The notes: a model not told the origin generated them from the letters alone. DNA of 64,000 bases from a bacterium (GCA_018675685.1 JABGXP010000010.1:49427-113426); one strand, 5' to 3'; counted from the first letter of the stretch, positions 18,891 through 29,418 are shown. Program-made: numbers and translations.

Positions 18891-19949
18891 ATGATGGAAT
18901 TTAAAAAGAAAAAAGTAAAATCACAAACTCTAGGTGAAAAACTAAAGCAAGTCAGGGAAAAAGCCAATGTTTCCTTGAGCGAAATAGCTAAGAATACAAA
19001 AATTAGAAAGCTTTACCTAGAGATGCTGGAATCAGGGCGTTTTGATAAATTGCCCCCAGATGTTTATGTTAAAGGTTTTCTCAATGGGTACGCTGAATAT
19101 CTAGGGATTGAACCAGCTGATGTGATGAAATTATACGAGAAAGAAAGAGGGATTCAAAGAAGTATGAAGAAAACGCGGAACGAAGATCAGTCCATTGTTA
19201 AGAAAAATAGAAAATTTGAATTGCCCGCTATTGTTTTTACCCCCAAAATTTTTACCGGAATATTCTTCGCGAGTTTGGTATTGTTGGGAGGAATTTATTT
19301 CTATAGGGAAGTTGGTGAATTTTCAAAAGCTCCACGCTTAGTTATTCTTCAGCCAACAAGCGATATCTCAATTGATGTCAGTTCCATCGAGGTTATTGGT
19401 ATCACTGACAAGGAAGGAAAAATCAGAATTAACGGACAACCAGTTTTTGTTAATGATAAAGGAGAATTCAAGGAAACTCTTAGTTTGCAAAGTGGAGTTA
19501 ATGAGATTGAAGTAAAGGCTATTAATCGTTTTTCCAACGAAGAAGCAAAACGTTTCAATGTATCAGCTAATTATGAAACTGATATTGCAAAAGAAGAAGT
19601 GGGAAGTGTAATGGGAGCTCAAGACAAACAAGAAGAGGAAACAGTTAGGTTGGAAATAAAAATCAAAGATTTTCCTACTTGGGTATTGGTTACTGTTGAT
19701 GGCAAAAATATCCAAAATGGCACAATGTTGCCAGGAGCAATCCAAATCTTTGAAGGGCAAGAAAAAATTTCTGTAACAGCCGGTAGAGCAGACCAGGTTT
19801 TCGTTAAGTTAGGAGAAAAAGATCTGGGGTCATTGAGCGAAGACCCAGTAGTTATCAGAGATATTGTCTTTACACCAGAGAGTGAGGGTATTTTATTGCA
19901 AGAAGACGAAAAAAATGAAAAACAAGAGAGCGAAGTGGACAATATTTAG
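18891..19949 (+). CDS. RodZ-like protein (HTH, TM, Ig-like, DUF4115-like)
   Basis: LGEKLK..RE...S...TKIR..YL..LE.G....LP..VYVKGF...YA.YLG N-terminus. Confidence 0.8.
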   Translation: MMEFKKKKVKSQTLGEKLKQVREKANVSLSEIAKNTKIRKLYLEMLESGRFDKLPPDVYVKGFLNGYAEYLGIEPADVMKLYEKERGIQRSMKKTRNEDQSIVKKNRKFELPAIVFTPKIFTGIFFASLVLLGGIYFYREVGEFSKAPRLVILQPTSDISIDVSSIEVIGITDKEGKIRINGQPVFVNDKGEFKETLSLQSGVNEIEVKAINRFSNEEAKRFNVSANYETDIAKEEVGSVMGAQDKQEEETVRLEIKIKDFPTWVLVTVDGKNIQNGTMLPGAIQIFEGQEKISVTAGRADQVFVKLGEKDLGSLSEDPVVIRDIVFTPESEGILLQEDEKNEKQESEVDNI

Positions 19950-20006
19950 AATAAATATAAAGCAAATAAGTAAAAAAAGAGAAGATTAATATAATAAGAC
20001 ATAAAT

Positions 20007-21020
20007 ATGGCAAAAGAAGAGAAGAAAAAGAATGGGGGGAAAGTTATCGGGGATGTCATGAACGAGATCAAAGAAAAGTTTGGTGAGGGGTCAATTATGA
20101 GATTGGGGGAGGTTAAAAAGGTTGATATCGCAGCTATTCCAACCGGGTCACCATCACTTGATATTGCCCTTGGAATTGGAGGTGTTCCTAGAGGAAGAGT
20201 TATTGAGATCTATGGTCCAGAGTCTTCAGGGAAGACAACTTTAAGTTTGCATGTGATTGCAAATGCACAAAAGGAAGGTGGGATAGCCGCTTTTGTGGAC
20301 GCTGAACATGCGCTTGACCCTGGTTATGCTAAGAAAATTGGAGTAAATGTCGATGAATTATTAATCTCCCAACCAGACGCTGGAGAACAGGCATTGGAGA
20401 TTGTTGAAACTCTAGTTCGCTCAAATGCAGTAGATGTAATAGTTGTTGATTCTGTTGCTGCGTTGGTTCCAAGAGCTGAAATCGAAGGAGAAATGGGAGA
20501 TTCACATATGGGGCTTCAAGCAAGACTGATGTCTCAGGCACTCAGAAAACTAACCGGAATTGTTGCAAAATCAAACGTATTAGTTGTTTTTATCAATCAA
20601 ATCAGAATGAAAATAGGTGTTGTATTTGGAAACCCAGAGACCACAACAGGTGGAAATGCGCTAAAGTTCTATTCCTCTGTCAGAATTGAAGTTCGAAGAG
20701 CTGCTCAAATCAAACAAGGGGATATCATCATTGGAAATCGAGTTAAGGCTAAGATCGTGAAAAACAAAGTTGCGCCACCATTTCAAGTTGCTGAATTTGA
20801 TATCATGTACAATGAAGGAATCTCAAGGGAAGGTGATCTAGTGGATACCGGAGTTAAATATGGTGTTCTGAAAAAATCAGGGTCTTGGTATCAACTTGGT
20901 GAAGAAAAAATTGGTCAAGGAAGGGAAGCTGCAAAAAATTTCCTAAGAGAGAACAAAAAAGCAGCAAAAGATGTTTATGCAAAAATAAAAAAGAATATTA
21001 AAGAAGAGGAGGCTAACTAA
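20007..21020 (+). CDS. recA: Recombinase A
   Basis: [33 protein letters not shown]. Confidence 0.99.
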   Translation: MAKEEKKKNGGKVIGDVMNEIKEKFGEGSIMRLGEVKKVDIAAIPTGSPSLDIALGIGGVPRGRVIEIYGPESSGKTTLSLHVIANAQKEGGIAAFVDAEHALDPGYAKKIGVNVDELLISQPDAGEQALEIVETLVRSNAVDVIVVDSVAALVPRAEIEGEMGDSHMGLQARLMSQALRKLTGIVAKSNVLVVFINQIRMKIGVVFGNPETTTGGNALKFYSSVRIEVRRAAQIKQGDIIIGNRVKAKIVKNKVAPPFQVAEFDIMYNEGISREGDLVDTGVKYGVLKKSGSWYQLGEEKIGQGREAAKNFLRENKKAAKDVYAKIKKNIKEEEAN

Positions 21021-21026
21021 AACAAT

Positions 21027-21812
21027 ATGTCTGTATCCTATAACATTGTTTTCTTTGCCGCTATAATGGGTATTCTGCCCGTTACTTGGTGGTTTTGGAT
21101 TATCATCAAAGAAAACCATTTTGGGAAAAGTAGTTTTAATTTACTAGTTGAAGTTTTTTTCTGGGGCGTGCTAACAGCCATTCCAGCTAGTATTATTGAA
21201 ATGATTATAGCAGATACAGGTGGCGGTAGTCAGATTGTTACATGGATGCAAAAAATCTGGCTATTTGGTGAAGTACCCTTCAAATTCACAGCGTTTTTAT
21301 CAGCAGGGCTAATTGCTACGATTGAAGAGCTATCGAAATTGATCGGAATCATCATTATCTTAGGAAAGAGGAATTTCAAGAATGTAAATGAAGGTTTGAT
21401 ATTTGGTTTAGTAGTGGGGCTTGCTTTCGCAGTGACTGAGAACGGAGTTTATTTTTCGACAGCTGTTCAGTCCAGGGAAGTAATAGATTTCGGCAGTGTC
21501 ATTGTATTGAGATTTGTTCTTTCGACTTCTGCACATGTTATCTATTCAGGTATAGCAGGGTTATTTTTTGCCAAGGCAATAGCAGCGAAAGGAGTTCAAA
21601 AAGCGCAGTTTTTTCTGTTATCAATTTGCTTTCCAATCTTGACTCACGCAATCTTCAATTTTCTCTTAGGAGGTCCAAGAGGTATTAACAGCGCAATTTT
21701 AGCAATTATTATGAGCATTGGGTTGTTGATGCTATGGAACGAGTACCAAGAAAATATGGGAAAGCATGCATTTAAAAATAAAAAGAAAATCAAAAAAAAT
21801 GCAAAAAAGTAA
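21027..21812 (+). CDS. PrsW-family intramembrane metalloprotease
   Basis: EELSK, FAVTEN, H and HAIFN motifs. Confidence 0.85.
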   Translation: MSVSYNIVFFAAIMGILPVTWWFWIIIKENHFGKSSFNLLVEVFFWGVLTAIPASIIEMIIADTGGGSQIVTWMQKIWLFGEVPFKFTAFLSAGLIATIEELSKLIGIIIILGKRNFKNVNEGLIFGLVVGLAFAVTENGVYFSTAVQSREVIDFGSVIVLRFVLSTSAHVIYSGIAGLFFAKAIAAKGVQKAQFFLLSICFPILTHAIFNFLLGGPRGINSAILAIIMSIGLLMLWNEYQENMGKHAFKNKKKIKKNAKK

Positions 21813-22746
21813 ATATCAAAAAATAAACAATCTCCTCGTGGTACTAGCGGGCTTGTTTTTGGTTTTATTCATTGGACTGAGAATACTTTATCCAAAGGAC
21901 CATTTTGATTCTACTAAAAATAATATGACAGTTGTGGCTGCAAAATTTGAAACTGAGCAAAAACAAAGAGGATATTTAGCCGTTGCACCTCAAATCGAAC
22001 ATAATTTCTATTCGGCAAAAATAGAAATAGTTTCAGAAAAAGACTTGAAGTTTGATGATGAAGCTATTGCATTCAAGGGTTTCATGGCTCAGCTTTATCC
22101 ACTTGGGGAAGAAATCGTTACAGCTGAAGAATTAAGAGAATTTATTTTTTCAAACGATGAAGAAATTCCGAATGGAACTTTGATTTCAACAAAAGGCGCT
22201 GTGTATATATATTCACGTGGTAAATGGAGACCTTTTTTAGGAGCACAAATTTTTGAAAATTTAAAATTTGATTGGAGTAGAGTAACTGCTCTGAAACATG
22301 ACGCTGTTGGGGGTTTCCAGGAGGGAGAAAGAATAATTTTCAGAACCCCACACCCGGATGGTACAATATTCAAAACAAAAGATGACAATTTTTTCTTATC
22401 GTGGGAGGAAAAGTTATTACCCATAAAAAGCGAGGAAATAATCAAAAGTGTTTGGGAAGATTATTATTCTGTTACGATTGAACAAAGAAGTCCGATGAAA
22501 ATTGGAGAATGTAAAAAATCTAGCATTAGTAATAATTTGAAATGTTTTTTCCCAAAAGAATATCGCACTCGAGAAATCTCTGGTAATATGTTTATTTTTT
22601 CTTTAGGTGAGGAATTAGACAAAATCACAAAATCAAAAGTTACGCTAGGAACATTTAATGTTTTCGATTTGGAAAACCCTAAAATAACGCTAAGTGTGAA
22701 CAAGAAAAGAATGATTGAAAAGTACAGTCAAGAAATTTTAAAATAA
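21799..22746 (+). CDS. Hypothetical membrane-anchored protein (ATG 21799 preferred)
   Basis: N-terminal TM; internal repeats P[ND]GT.I....[GD].VY/FF. Confidence 0.6.
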   Translation: MQKSKYQKINNLLVVLAGLFLVLFIGLRILYPKDHFDSTKNNMTVVAAKFETEQKQRGYLAVAPQIEHNFYSAKIEIVSEKDLKFDDEAIAFKGFMAQLYPLGEEIVTAEELREFIFSNDEEIPNGTLISTKGAVYIYSRGKWRPFLGAQIFENLKFDWSRVTALKHDAVGGFQEGERIIFRTPHPDGTIFKTKDDNFFLSWEEKLLPIKSEEIIKSVWEDYYSVTIEQRSPMKIGECKKSSISNNLKCFFPKEYRTREISGNMFIFSLGEELDKITKSKVTLGTFNVFDLENPKITLSVNKKRMIEKYSQEILK

Positions 22747-22750
22747 ACTT

Positions 22751-23128
22751 ATGCTTAGAATTAAGAAATTTTTTTACAAAAATAAAGCACTGGCTGACCT
22801 AGTCAGGAAAAGCACAGTGGTTTTAGTAGTTTTTTATTTAGGTTGTTTTGCTGTTGAATCAATCCTTCCAGGAGTTGTCATGGAAGCTTTCAACTTTAAT
22901 ATATTATTGTTTTTGATTGTGGCAATGATAGCAAGTATAACTTTCTCAGAAAAGGAAAGCGATGTTATAGTGTTTAAAAAAACACAAAAATATCTTTTTG
23001 TGTTCCTACTAATTTTATTTTTAGGCACTCTCTTTATTGTTTTGTATAGAGTTTCTTTGGTAGAAGCAATGGTCTACTTGGTGGCTTGTTTTGTGCTCTT
23101 TGGACCTTTAAAAAAACTATTTGAATAG
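22751..23128 (+). CDS. Hypothetical 4-TM membrane protein
   Basis: Hydrophobic ORF in the same-strand run. Confidence 0.6.
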   Translation: MLRIKKFFYKNKALADLVRKSTVVLVVFYLGCFAVESILPGVVMEAFNFNILLFLIVAMIASITFSEKESDVIVFKKTQKYLFVFLLILFLGTLFIVLYRVSLVEAMVYLVACFVLFGPLKKLFE

Positions 23129-23166
23129 CTACCTGTTAGCATTGTTGAAAAATTCAAAGAAAAGGC

Positions 23167-23195
23167 TTGACAAGAAAAATAGTTTAGGGTAGACT
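23167..23195 (+). promoter_or_regulatory. Sigma70-type promoter with no downstream plus-strand CDS
   Basis: TTGACA-N17-TAGACT. Confidence 0.6.
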
Positions 23196-23201
23196 ATCAT
23201 A

Positions 23202-23303
23202 ATATTTTATTTTCAAATGTTAGCACTACACCGCTTATGATCTTGGCAAGGTAACTCCCTCCTATCCCTTGCCAATGATTCATTAGCGGTGTAGTGTTTT
23301 TTA
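23202..23303 (+). ncRNA. Candidate small RNA: long hairpin with anti-Shine-Dalgarno loop
   Basis: Stems agcactacaccgct/agcggtgtagtgtt and ttggcaagg/ccttgccaa, loop taactccctcctatc, U tract, upstream promoter. Confidence 0.5.
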
Positions 23304-23323
23304 TTTGAAAGAATATTTTGTGC

Positions 23324-23905
23324 TCAATTAAAATTGCTCATTGTTTTTTCTAGCCCATCTTCCAAGAAACTTTCGATACATTCACGAGCGGAGGCGATTA
23401 CTTTTTCCAACTCAACTGTTTCTTCTGAGGAAAACTTTCCAAGTACAAATTTTTCAGTCGGGATTTTTTGTCTTGAAAGCCCTGTTGAAATTCCAATTCT
23501 CAATCTTGTAAAATCTTTAGAGTGTAGATGTTCGATGATCGAACCAATCCCATTATGTCCACCAGAGGTAGAGTTTTTAGATAAACGAATTTGTCCAAAA
23601 GGTAAATCAATATCATCATGAACAACAAGCAGATCATCTGCTTGTATATTCAGATATTTCATTGCAGCCACGGTTGGTTCCCCAGAGAGATTCATGAAGG
23701 ACATTGGTTTCATGAGGTGAATTTTTTCTTCCACTAAAATTGTTGCAAGTTCACCATTTATTTTTTTGTTGAAAGCAAAAGGAGTAACAGAGGGCAAGTT
23801 TAGATTTTCCAGCAATGAGTCTAACACCATAAACCCAATATTATGTCTGGTTTTTTTGTATTTATCACCTGGATTGCCGAGGCCTATAATTAGAAAGTTT
23901 TTCAT
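23324..23905 (-). CDS. pth: Peptidyl-tRNA hydrolase
   Basis: GLGNPG.KY..TRHNIGF, MNLSG, HDDIDL, GGHNG, RLRIGI. Confidence 0.97.
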   Translation of the reverse strand: MKNFLIIGLGNPGDKYKKTRHNIGFMVLDSLLENLNLPSVTPFAFNKKINGELATILVEEKIHLMKPMSFMNLSGEPTVAAMKYLNIQADDLLVVHDDIDLPFGQIRLSKNSTSGGHNGIGSIIEHLHSKDFTRLRIGISTGLSRQKIPTEKFVLGKFSSEETVELEKVIASARECIESFLEDGLEKTMSNFN

Positions 23906-23920
23906 TATTATTTGTGTTAA

Positions 23921-25447
23921 CTATTCTTTTTTAAATAAAACATTTCCGTCTTCATTAATAATACTCCTGTCACGTATTTCTTTTGGGCTATCCTCTTCTT
24001 TCTCATTTTGCATTTCAAAATATGTTAAAATATCGTTAGATAGACAGGCTACTATATCAAATTTTTGCAATTGGCTTGTTTCCATGGGAGCTTCGGAGCT
24101 GTCTTCTTCGGGGGAACGGTATTCTATTTTTGCATTTAATTTAGCGGCAAGATCATCGAGTGTGAAGATTTTTCTTTCTTTAGAGATGTTCAAAATAGTA
24201 TTTTCTTTTGGACAAACAGGAAGATCTTCACCTGTTGGATTAATTGTAGTATGGTATCCAAAGTTATTTAATGCAACTTTTATTTTATGATAATCCTTTT
24301 TGTTCTCTAAGACAACTGCAATTTTGGCATCCTCTTTTTTAATTGCAGTTTCTTTTCTTTTTATTTTCTCTAAATCGAAAATATTTTCTGATAATTCGTG
24401 GATTTGTTTGTAATTATTCGCTTTTGGGACAAGAACGTAAGCCATAACTCCGCCCATTTCAACATGAGTTGATCCAAGTAGCGAATCAGAGCTCCAGGCA
24501 TCTAAAACCTTGGAAGTCATTTGATAGACATTAACTTTGCGAGCCAAGTCAATAAAAGATGGTATCTCGGCTAGTTGAATATCGGTTTTAATATGATCAC
24601 CAAGCGTGTCGATTAGGGAACTTATCTTCACTGGGTTTACAATTGTTTCTAGTGAGAATGCTTTCTTCTTTGCTGCTGCCAAGACCTCTTGTTGTCTTGA
24701 AGCTCTTCCAAAATCACCTCCTTTAATGTGACGAACTCGAGCATACTTCAAAGCAGTCTCCGAATCAAGATGTTGAAACCCCTTTTTAAGCTCAAAGGTT
24801 TCATATGAATAATTGGGCCCTGGATAACTACTATCATAAATATCATTTTTAACCTCAACATCAACACCCCCCAATTCTTTGATTATATTTTTGAACCCCA
24901 TAAAGTCCAAAGTAAGGTAATAATGTATCTCTTGTCCAGTAATATTTTCCATAACAGTCTTTATGTTGCTCATAGACTCGCTACTAGAGAGGGACTTATT
25001 CTTTATTGAAAAAGTGTAGATAGCATTGATCTTGGTGTGAAGACCGTTTGTTTTTGGAATTTTTGTGTATAAATCACGAGGAACAGAAAGCATCGCTGAT
25101 TTATAGTTATTTGTGTTAACAGAGACCATCATGATCGTGTCAGTAAGGTGCTGGGATTTATAGCCCTCACCACTCATGCCTAATAATAAAATATTTGTTC
25201 TTCCGTCATCATCTCCCCGAAGAGGAATTCTGTTGTTTGTGATTAAAGTTTTTGCAGTTTCGATAAAACCCCTTGTTTCGATTGAATCACCTGCATCATT
25301 TTGTGCTATTTCAACTATTTTGCCCTCCATCTTGTATAGTTTATATCCAATAAAACCTCCGTAAGCAAGAGTCAAAATGAAAAGGAATAGAAAAATTCTT
25401 AAGATAAAACTTTTCCAGATGATTTTTAGTTTAGTCTTTTTTGTCAT
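23921..25447 (-). CDS. LytR-CpsA-Psr (LCP) family protein
   Basis: NILLLG, TDTIM, SVPRDL, KINA, AL.YARVR, DFGRA.RQQ. Confidence 0.92.
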   Translation of the reverse strand: MTKKTKLKIIWKSFILRIFLFLFILTLAYGGFIGYKLYKMEGKIVEIAQNDAGDSIETRGFIETAKTLITNNRIPLRGDDDGRTNILLLGMSGEGYKSQHLTDTIMMVSVNTNNYKSAMLSVPRDLYTKIPKTNGLHTKINAIYTFSIKNKSLSSSESMSNIKTVMENITGQEIHYYLTLDFMGFKNIIKELGGVDVEVKNDIYDSSYPGPNYSYETFELKKGFQHLDSETALKYARVRHIKGGDFGRASRQQEVLAAAKKKAFSLETIVNPVKISSLIDTLGDHIKTDIQLAEIPSFIDLARKVNVYQMTSKVLDAWSSDSLLGSTHVEMGGVMAYVLVPKANNYKQIHELSENIFDLEKIKRKETAIKKEDAKIAVVLENKKDYHKIKVALNNFGYHTTINPTGEDLPVCPKENTILNISKERKIFTLDDLAAKLNAKIEYRSPEEDSSEAPMETSQLQKFDIVACLSNDILTYFEMQNEKEEDSPKEIRDRSIINEDGNVLFKKE

Positions 25448-25538
25448 TAAGTGCGTAAAACTCTGGATTATGAATCATTTGTATTTTAGCACAAATGATC
25501 GTTAAAACTAAAAGGCAGATCTTAGAACCAAACAAAGA

Positions 25539-26699
25539 CTAGATAAAGAAGACGAATAAGAAATTAATCCCAGTAATAATAAAAGCCAGGTTTATCTTAG
25601 ATAAAAAGAGGGTAGAAATAAGTAAGAGGGAAACCTTACCAATAGTGATAGGGATTTCACGAAATATGATAAATTCATCAATGTCATGTTCTTTTTTCGC
25701 AAGTGCATAAGTTTCAGCTGTGTGGGGCACTGAGAACATAATCACAAAAAATCCAGAAGCCACTGAGAGAGCATATATTACAATTGATGATTCAGCAAAA
25801 AATTTGCTGATCCAAACAATCGCCAACATCAACGCTGCAATTTTCACAATCTTCGATCGATTGGCCTGATTAGCCTTATTGCCCATTAGAAGAGAGAAGA
25901 AAACCGTTCCAACCCCGAGTAACGTCCCAATAACTCCAACTGAAAATTCATTCTTTAAAACTAGAAAAACAAAAAGAGGCCAAAGAACTGATTCAGTTGT
26001 CCCCCCAATAATCTCCGAACAAGTCAGATAATAATGGCGTTTATATTTTTTCAACAATTTAAATCCTCGACGAAAGCTAAAATTAATATGAGGTTTTATT
26101 TCTGGTGTGTAAAGCAGGAGGCCAATTGGAATTAAGAGAAGAATTATTGCTATGATAAATAAAATTTCAAAGCTATAAAACAAGGTGATTGTACCACCGA
26201 GTAGGGGTGCAAGCATACTAGCAATGTGTTGAAAAGAAATTAATTTCCCCACCTGGGAACTCCTACTTCCTGTTTTAGTTGATCGTGCAAAAAGGGAATG
26301 CATGGGGACCCAATAAAGCGCTGCTTGGGCACCACTAACAATCGCTAACCCATAGAAAAGGTATAGATTAGGAAAAGAGTCTAGCACTGGGAGTAAAAGA
26401 AGGTAAATTAAAGACAATGGGAGGCTAATCAACATCGTGTGTTTCAAACCCAACCTGTTAGCTATCATGCCAACAAAGAAGTTGGTTGAAAGAATTGCTA
26501 ATTGTCTAACAACAAAGAAAAACAAAACCATGCTAATAGAGAAGCCCAAGGTTAGAAGATAGATGGGGATGAAAATTCCAAAGAGCGAAAAGACGAAACC
26601 TCTAATAGAGTGAATAATATAAATACCATTTATATCCTTTTTAAGAGACTCTAGGCAATGTGGAATATGTAAATGAGTTTGGTGGTGAAACGCGTGCAT
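25539..26699 (-). CDS. MFS transporter
   Basis: About 12 TM; His-rich N-terminus; similar to 7052..8290. Confidence 0.8.
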   Translation of the reverse strand: MHAFHHQTHLHIPHCLESLKKDINGIYIIHSIRGFVFSLFGIFIPIYLLTLGFSISMVLFFFVVRQLAILSTNFFVGMIANRLGLKHTMLISLPLSLIYLLLLPVLDSFPNLYLFYGLAIVSGAQAALYWVPMHSLFARSTKTGSRSSQVGKLISFQHIASMLAPLLGGTITLFYSFEILFIIAIILLLIPIGLLLYTPEIKPHINFSFRRGFKLLKKYKRHYYLTCSEIIGGTTESVLWPLFVFLVLKNEFSVGVIGTLLGVGTVFFSLLMGNKANQANRSKIVKIAALMLAIVWISKFFAESSIVIYALSVASGFFVIMFSVPHTAETYALAKKEHDIDEFIIFREIPITIGKVSLLLISTLFLSKINLAFIITGINFLFVFFI

Positions 26700-26863
26700 T
26701 TTTATTTTTGAAAAGTGGTTAACTAGAACTAGTATAACATGAAAATTTGCATAGTTTAAAAATGCTCTTTAGGGCTATAGCACAGCGTAATTGTTTAAAG
26801 TTTTTTTTGATGTTATAATTTCAATATATCAAAAAGCAAAAATAAACATAAATAAAAGCGAAT

Positions 26864-29317
26864 ATGGGCTTCTTTCTTTGGTACTGGACAAAAGGCATAA
26901 AGGGATATTTTGTTGTTTGGAACAACTTCCTTTCTCATTTTTGGAAATTTTTTAGTGTTAAGCATCTTTTTGCTACGCTTTTCTCGGCTTGGAGAAAAGA
27001 TTTAACACCAAAGGATTGGATAGGACTCCATCCTATCTTAGAGGCTCAGCGATTTGTGGTGAACTTGATTTTTAGATTTTTTGGAGCGATCGTTCGTTTC
27101 ATTGTTGCATCATTTGGGATCTTAGTTGTATCTGTGGTATTCATTATCGGATTTTTATTTATGATAGTCTGGGGATTGGCTCCTGTGGTGCTTATTTTTT
27201 CAATTATTGGTATAACGCTAGGAGAAAGATTGTATGGTTTTTCATTGTTTGCGATTATTCTATTTTTCATCGCTGCTATGCTGATGTATTTAGAGGACAA
27301 AAAAATTCCATACAGTGAACTTCCAGTTGAAAAAATGCCAAGATTCGCTTGGTTTAAGAGAATTGCTCAGAGGATTGGGATGGCTCCGAGTGAGTTAACG
27401 GCTGGACTACTAGCTGATAAGGAGAAGTTAACAGATGTCTTGAAGAAGTATGATGTGTCTATTGATGAGTTTAATTTAATTCTAAAATGGGAAATGGATT
27501 TGCAAGTAGCCAAAGAAAAGGAAGGGAAGTTTTGGTTGATGGAGAATTTACGAAAATCAGTTCCAATCGGGAAAGGCTGGGAGTATGGATACACAGTAAC
27601 AATTGACCGTCATGCTCTGGAATTATCTAGCTATGACCCAACCGAATATCGATTAGTGCTACCAATTGGATATGACGAGGAAATTGAAATGTCAAAATTA
27701 GTTTTGGCGAAAGAAGAGCAAAACAATGTTCTTTTGATGGGGGATTCAGGAGTTGGTAAAAAAGCAATCATGCATCATATTGCTAAACAAGTTATGCAAG
27801 GGAAAGCTGGTCAGAATCTTAATGAAAAAAGGTTTATGTTGGTTGACCTCGGTAGCACAATTTCAGCAGTTGTGAATGAAGGTGGGGACCCAGAGCATGC
27901 ACTCCATTCTCTTTTTCAAGAAGCTGCTCTTGCCGGGAATATTATTTTAGCCATTGATGAAATTGGAAAATATCTTGATCCTGGGAAAAAATCTTCTATA
28001 AATGTTGCAGCAGTGATTGATAGATATTTAATGTTGCCGAATTTTCAAGTTATAGCAACGACAACACGGAAGAATTACCATTCTCTTGTTGAAAAACAAG
28101 AAGGAATTATTAAGAATTTTGATATTATTGAAATTGAAGAGCCAAGCGACAATGAAGCTATTAGAATTTTATTGCAAAAGTTTAGTGAACTCGAGCATGA
28201 TCAAGTCATTTTTACTTTTCAGGCTATTCGAGAAATTGTTCGTCGTTCTTCTCAGCTTGGAAAAATAATGCCATTACCAGGAAGAGCGATCGGATTTGCG
28301 AATAATGTACTTTTATATTGGGAAAAGAACCATGCTAATGAAGGAAAGAGAATTGGAGTAGAGGATGTTTTTCGTGTGATGAGTATTAAGACTGGCGTCA
28401 AACATGGTGAGATTTCTGAGGAAGAAAAGGACAAATTAATGAGCATGGAGAAACTTTTACACTCAAGAGTAATTGGTCAAGATGGAGCTGTAACTCAAAT
28501 TGCAAACTCTATTCGTAAAATGCGTGCAGGAATAAGGAATATTAAAAAACCAGTGGGTAGTTTTTTGTTTCTTGGACCAACTGGAGTTGGAAAGACTGAA
28601 ACTGCAAAAGCTCTTGCGGAAGTTCATTTTGGAGATGAAGAAAGAATGATCAGAATAGATATGAGTGAATATAAAACGCAAAATTCAATTGGCAGATTAA
28701 TAGGTTCACCGGCTACTGGAGAAGTAGGAATTTTAACAACAAAAGCAAAGGATTCTCCATTTTCGTTGATTCTCTTAGATGAAATTGAAAAAGCTCATAG
28801 CGATATATTGGACTTATTTTTGCAAGTTTTAGATGAGGGTTATATCACAGATGGTTTTGGTGAGAAAATTAGCTTTCGAGGAAGTATTATAATTGCCACT
28901 TCAAATGCTGGAGCACCACTGATAAAAACATTAGTTGAACAAAAAGTGGAAGCTGAAGAACTCAGAAAAAGACTAGTTGACCATATCGTTAATGAAGGAA
29001 TGTTCAGAGTAGAATTTTTGAATCGTTTCGATGCAGTAGTATTTTTCCGTGCACTGAAAAATGAGCAAATGAAAGAAGTTATTTCATTGATGCTTCAAAA
29101 ATTTGCTGTTCGAGTAGAAAGAGAAAAAAATATTTCAGTAAAATTTGGAGACAAGGTAGTGGAATGTGTGATTGAAAAAGGTTACGATCCGGTGTTTGGA
29201 GCTCGTTCAATTAATCGCTATATTTCTGATAAAATAGAAGATACAATTGCTACAAAGATTATTGCACATGACGTTGAACGGGGTGGAGAAGTCTTGCTAA
29301 CCACTGACGATTTTTAA
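26864..29317 (+). CDS. Clp/Hsp100 AAA+ ATPase with N-terminal transmembrane domain
   Basis: NBD1 GDSGVGKK and IDEI; NBD2 FLGPTGVGKTE, DMSEY, DEIEKAH, EFLNRFD, GAR; hydrophobic N-terminus in place of Clp-N. Confidence 0.85.
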   Translation: MGFFLWYWTKGIKGYFVVWNNFLSHFWKFFSVKHLFATLFSAWRKDLTPKDWIGLHPILEAQRFVVNLIFRFFGAIVRFIVASFGILVVSVVFIIGFLFMIVWGLAPVVLIFSIIGITLGERLYGFSLFAIILFFIAAMLMYLEDKKIPYSELPVEKMPRFAWFKRIAQRIGMAPSELTAGLLADKEKLTDVLKKYDVSIDEFNLILKWEMDLQVAKEKEGKFWLMENLRKSVPIGKGWEYGYTVTIDRHALELSSYDPTEYRLVLPIGYDEEIEMSKLVLAKEEQNNVLLMGDSGVGKKAIMHHIAKQVMQGKAGQNLNEKRFMLVDLGSTISAVVNEGGDPEHALHSLFQEAALAGNIILAIDEIGKYLDPGKKSSINVAAVIDRYLMLPNFQVIATTTRKNYHSLVEKQEGIIKNFDIIEIEEPSDNEAIRILLQKFSELEHDQVIFTFQAIREIVRRSSQLGKIMPLPGRAIGFANNVLLYWEKNHANEGKRIGVEDVFRVMSIKTGVKHGEISEEEKDKLMSMEKLLHSRVIGQDGAVTQIANSIRKMRAGIRNIKKPVGSFLFLGPTGVGKTETAKALAEVHFGDEERMIRIDMSEYKTQNSIGRLIGSPATGEVGILTTKAKDSPFSLILLDEIEKAHSDILDLFLQVLDEGYITDGFGEKISFRGSIIIATSNAGAPLIKTLVEQKVEAEELRKRLVDHIVNEGMFRVEFLNRFDAVVFFRALKNEQMKEVISLMLQKFAVRVEREKNISVKFGDKVVECVIEKGYDPVFGARSINRYISDKIEDTIATKIIAHDVERGGEVLLTTDDF

Positions 29318-29333
29318 AGATAAGCTATACTTG

Positions 29334-29375
29334 TGTCAATAAAAAATCCTGGAATTCCAGGATTTTTTATTGACA
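29334..29375. terminator. Perfect 42-bp palindrome / bidirectional terminator
   Basis: tgtcaataaaaaatcctggaattccaggattttttattgaca between convergent genes. Confidence 0.75.
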
Positions 29376-29418
29376 GTAGATATTTACAAACTAAAACAGT
29401 TTAAAATGTGATTAAAGG

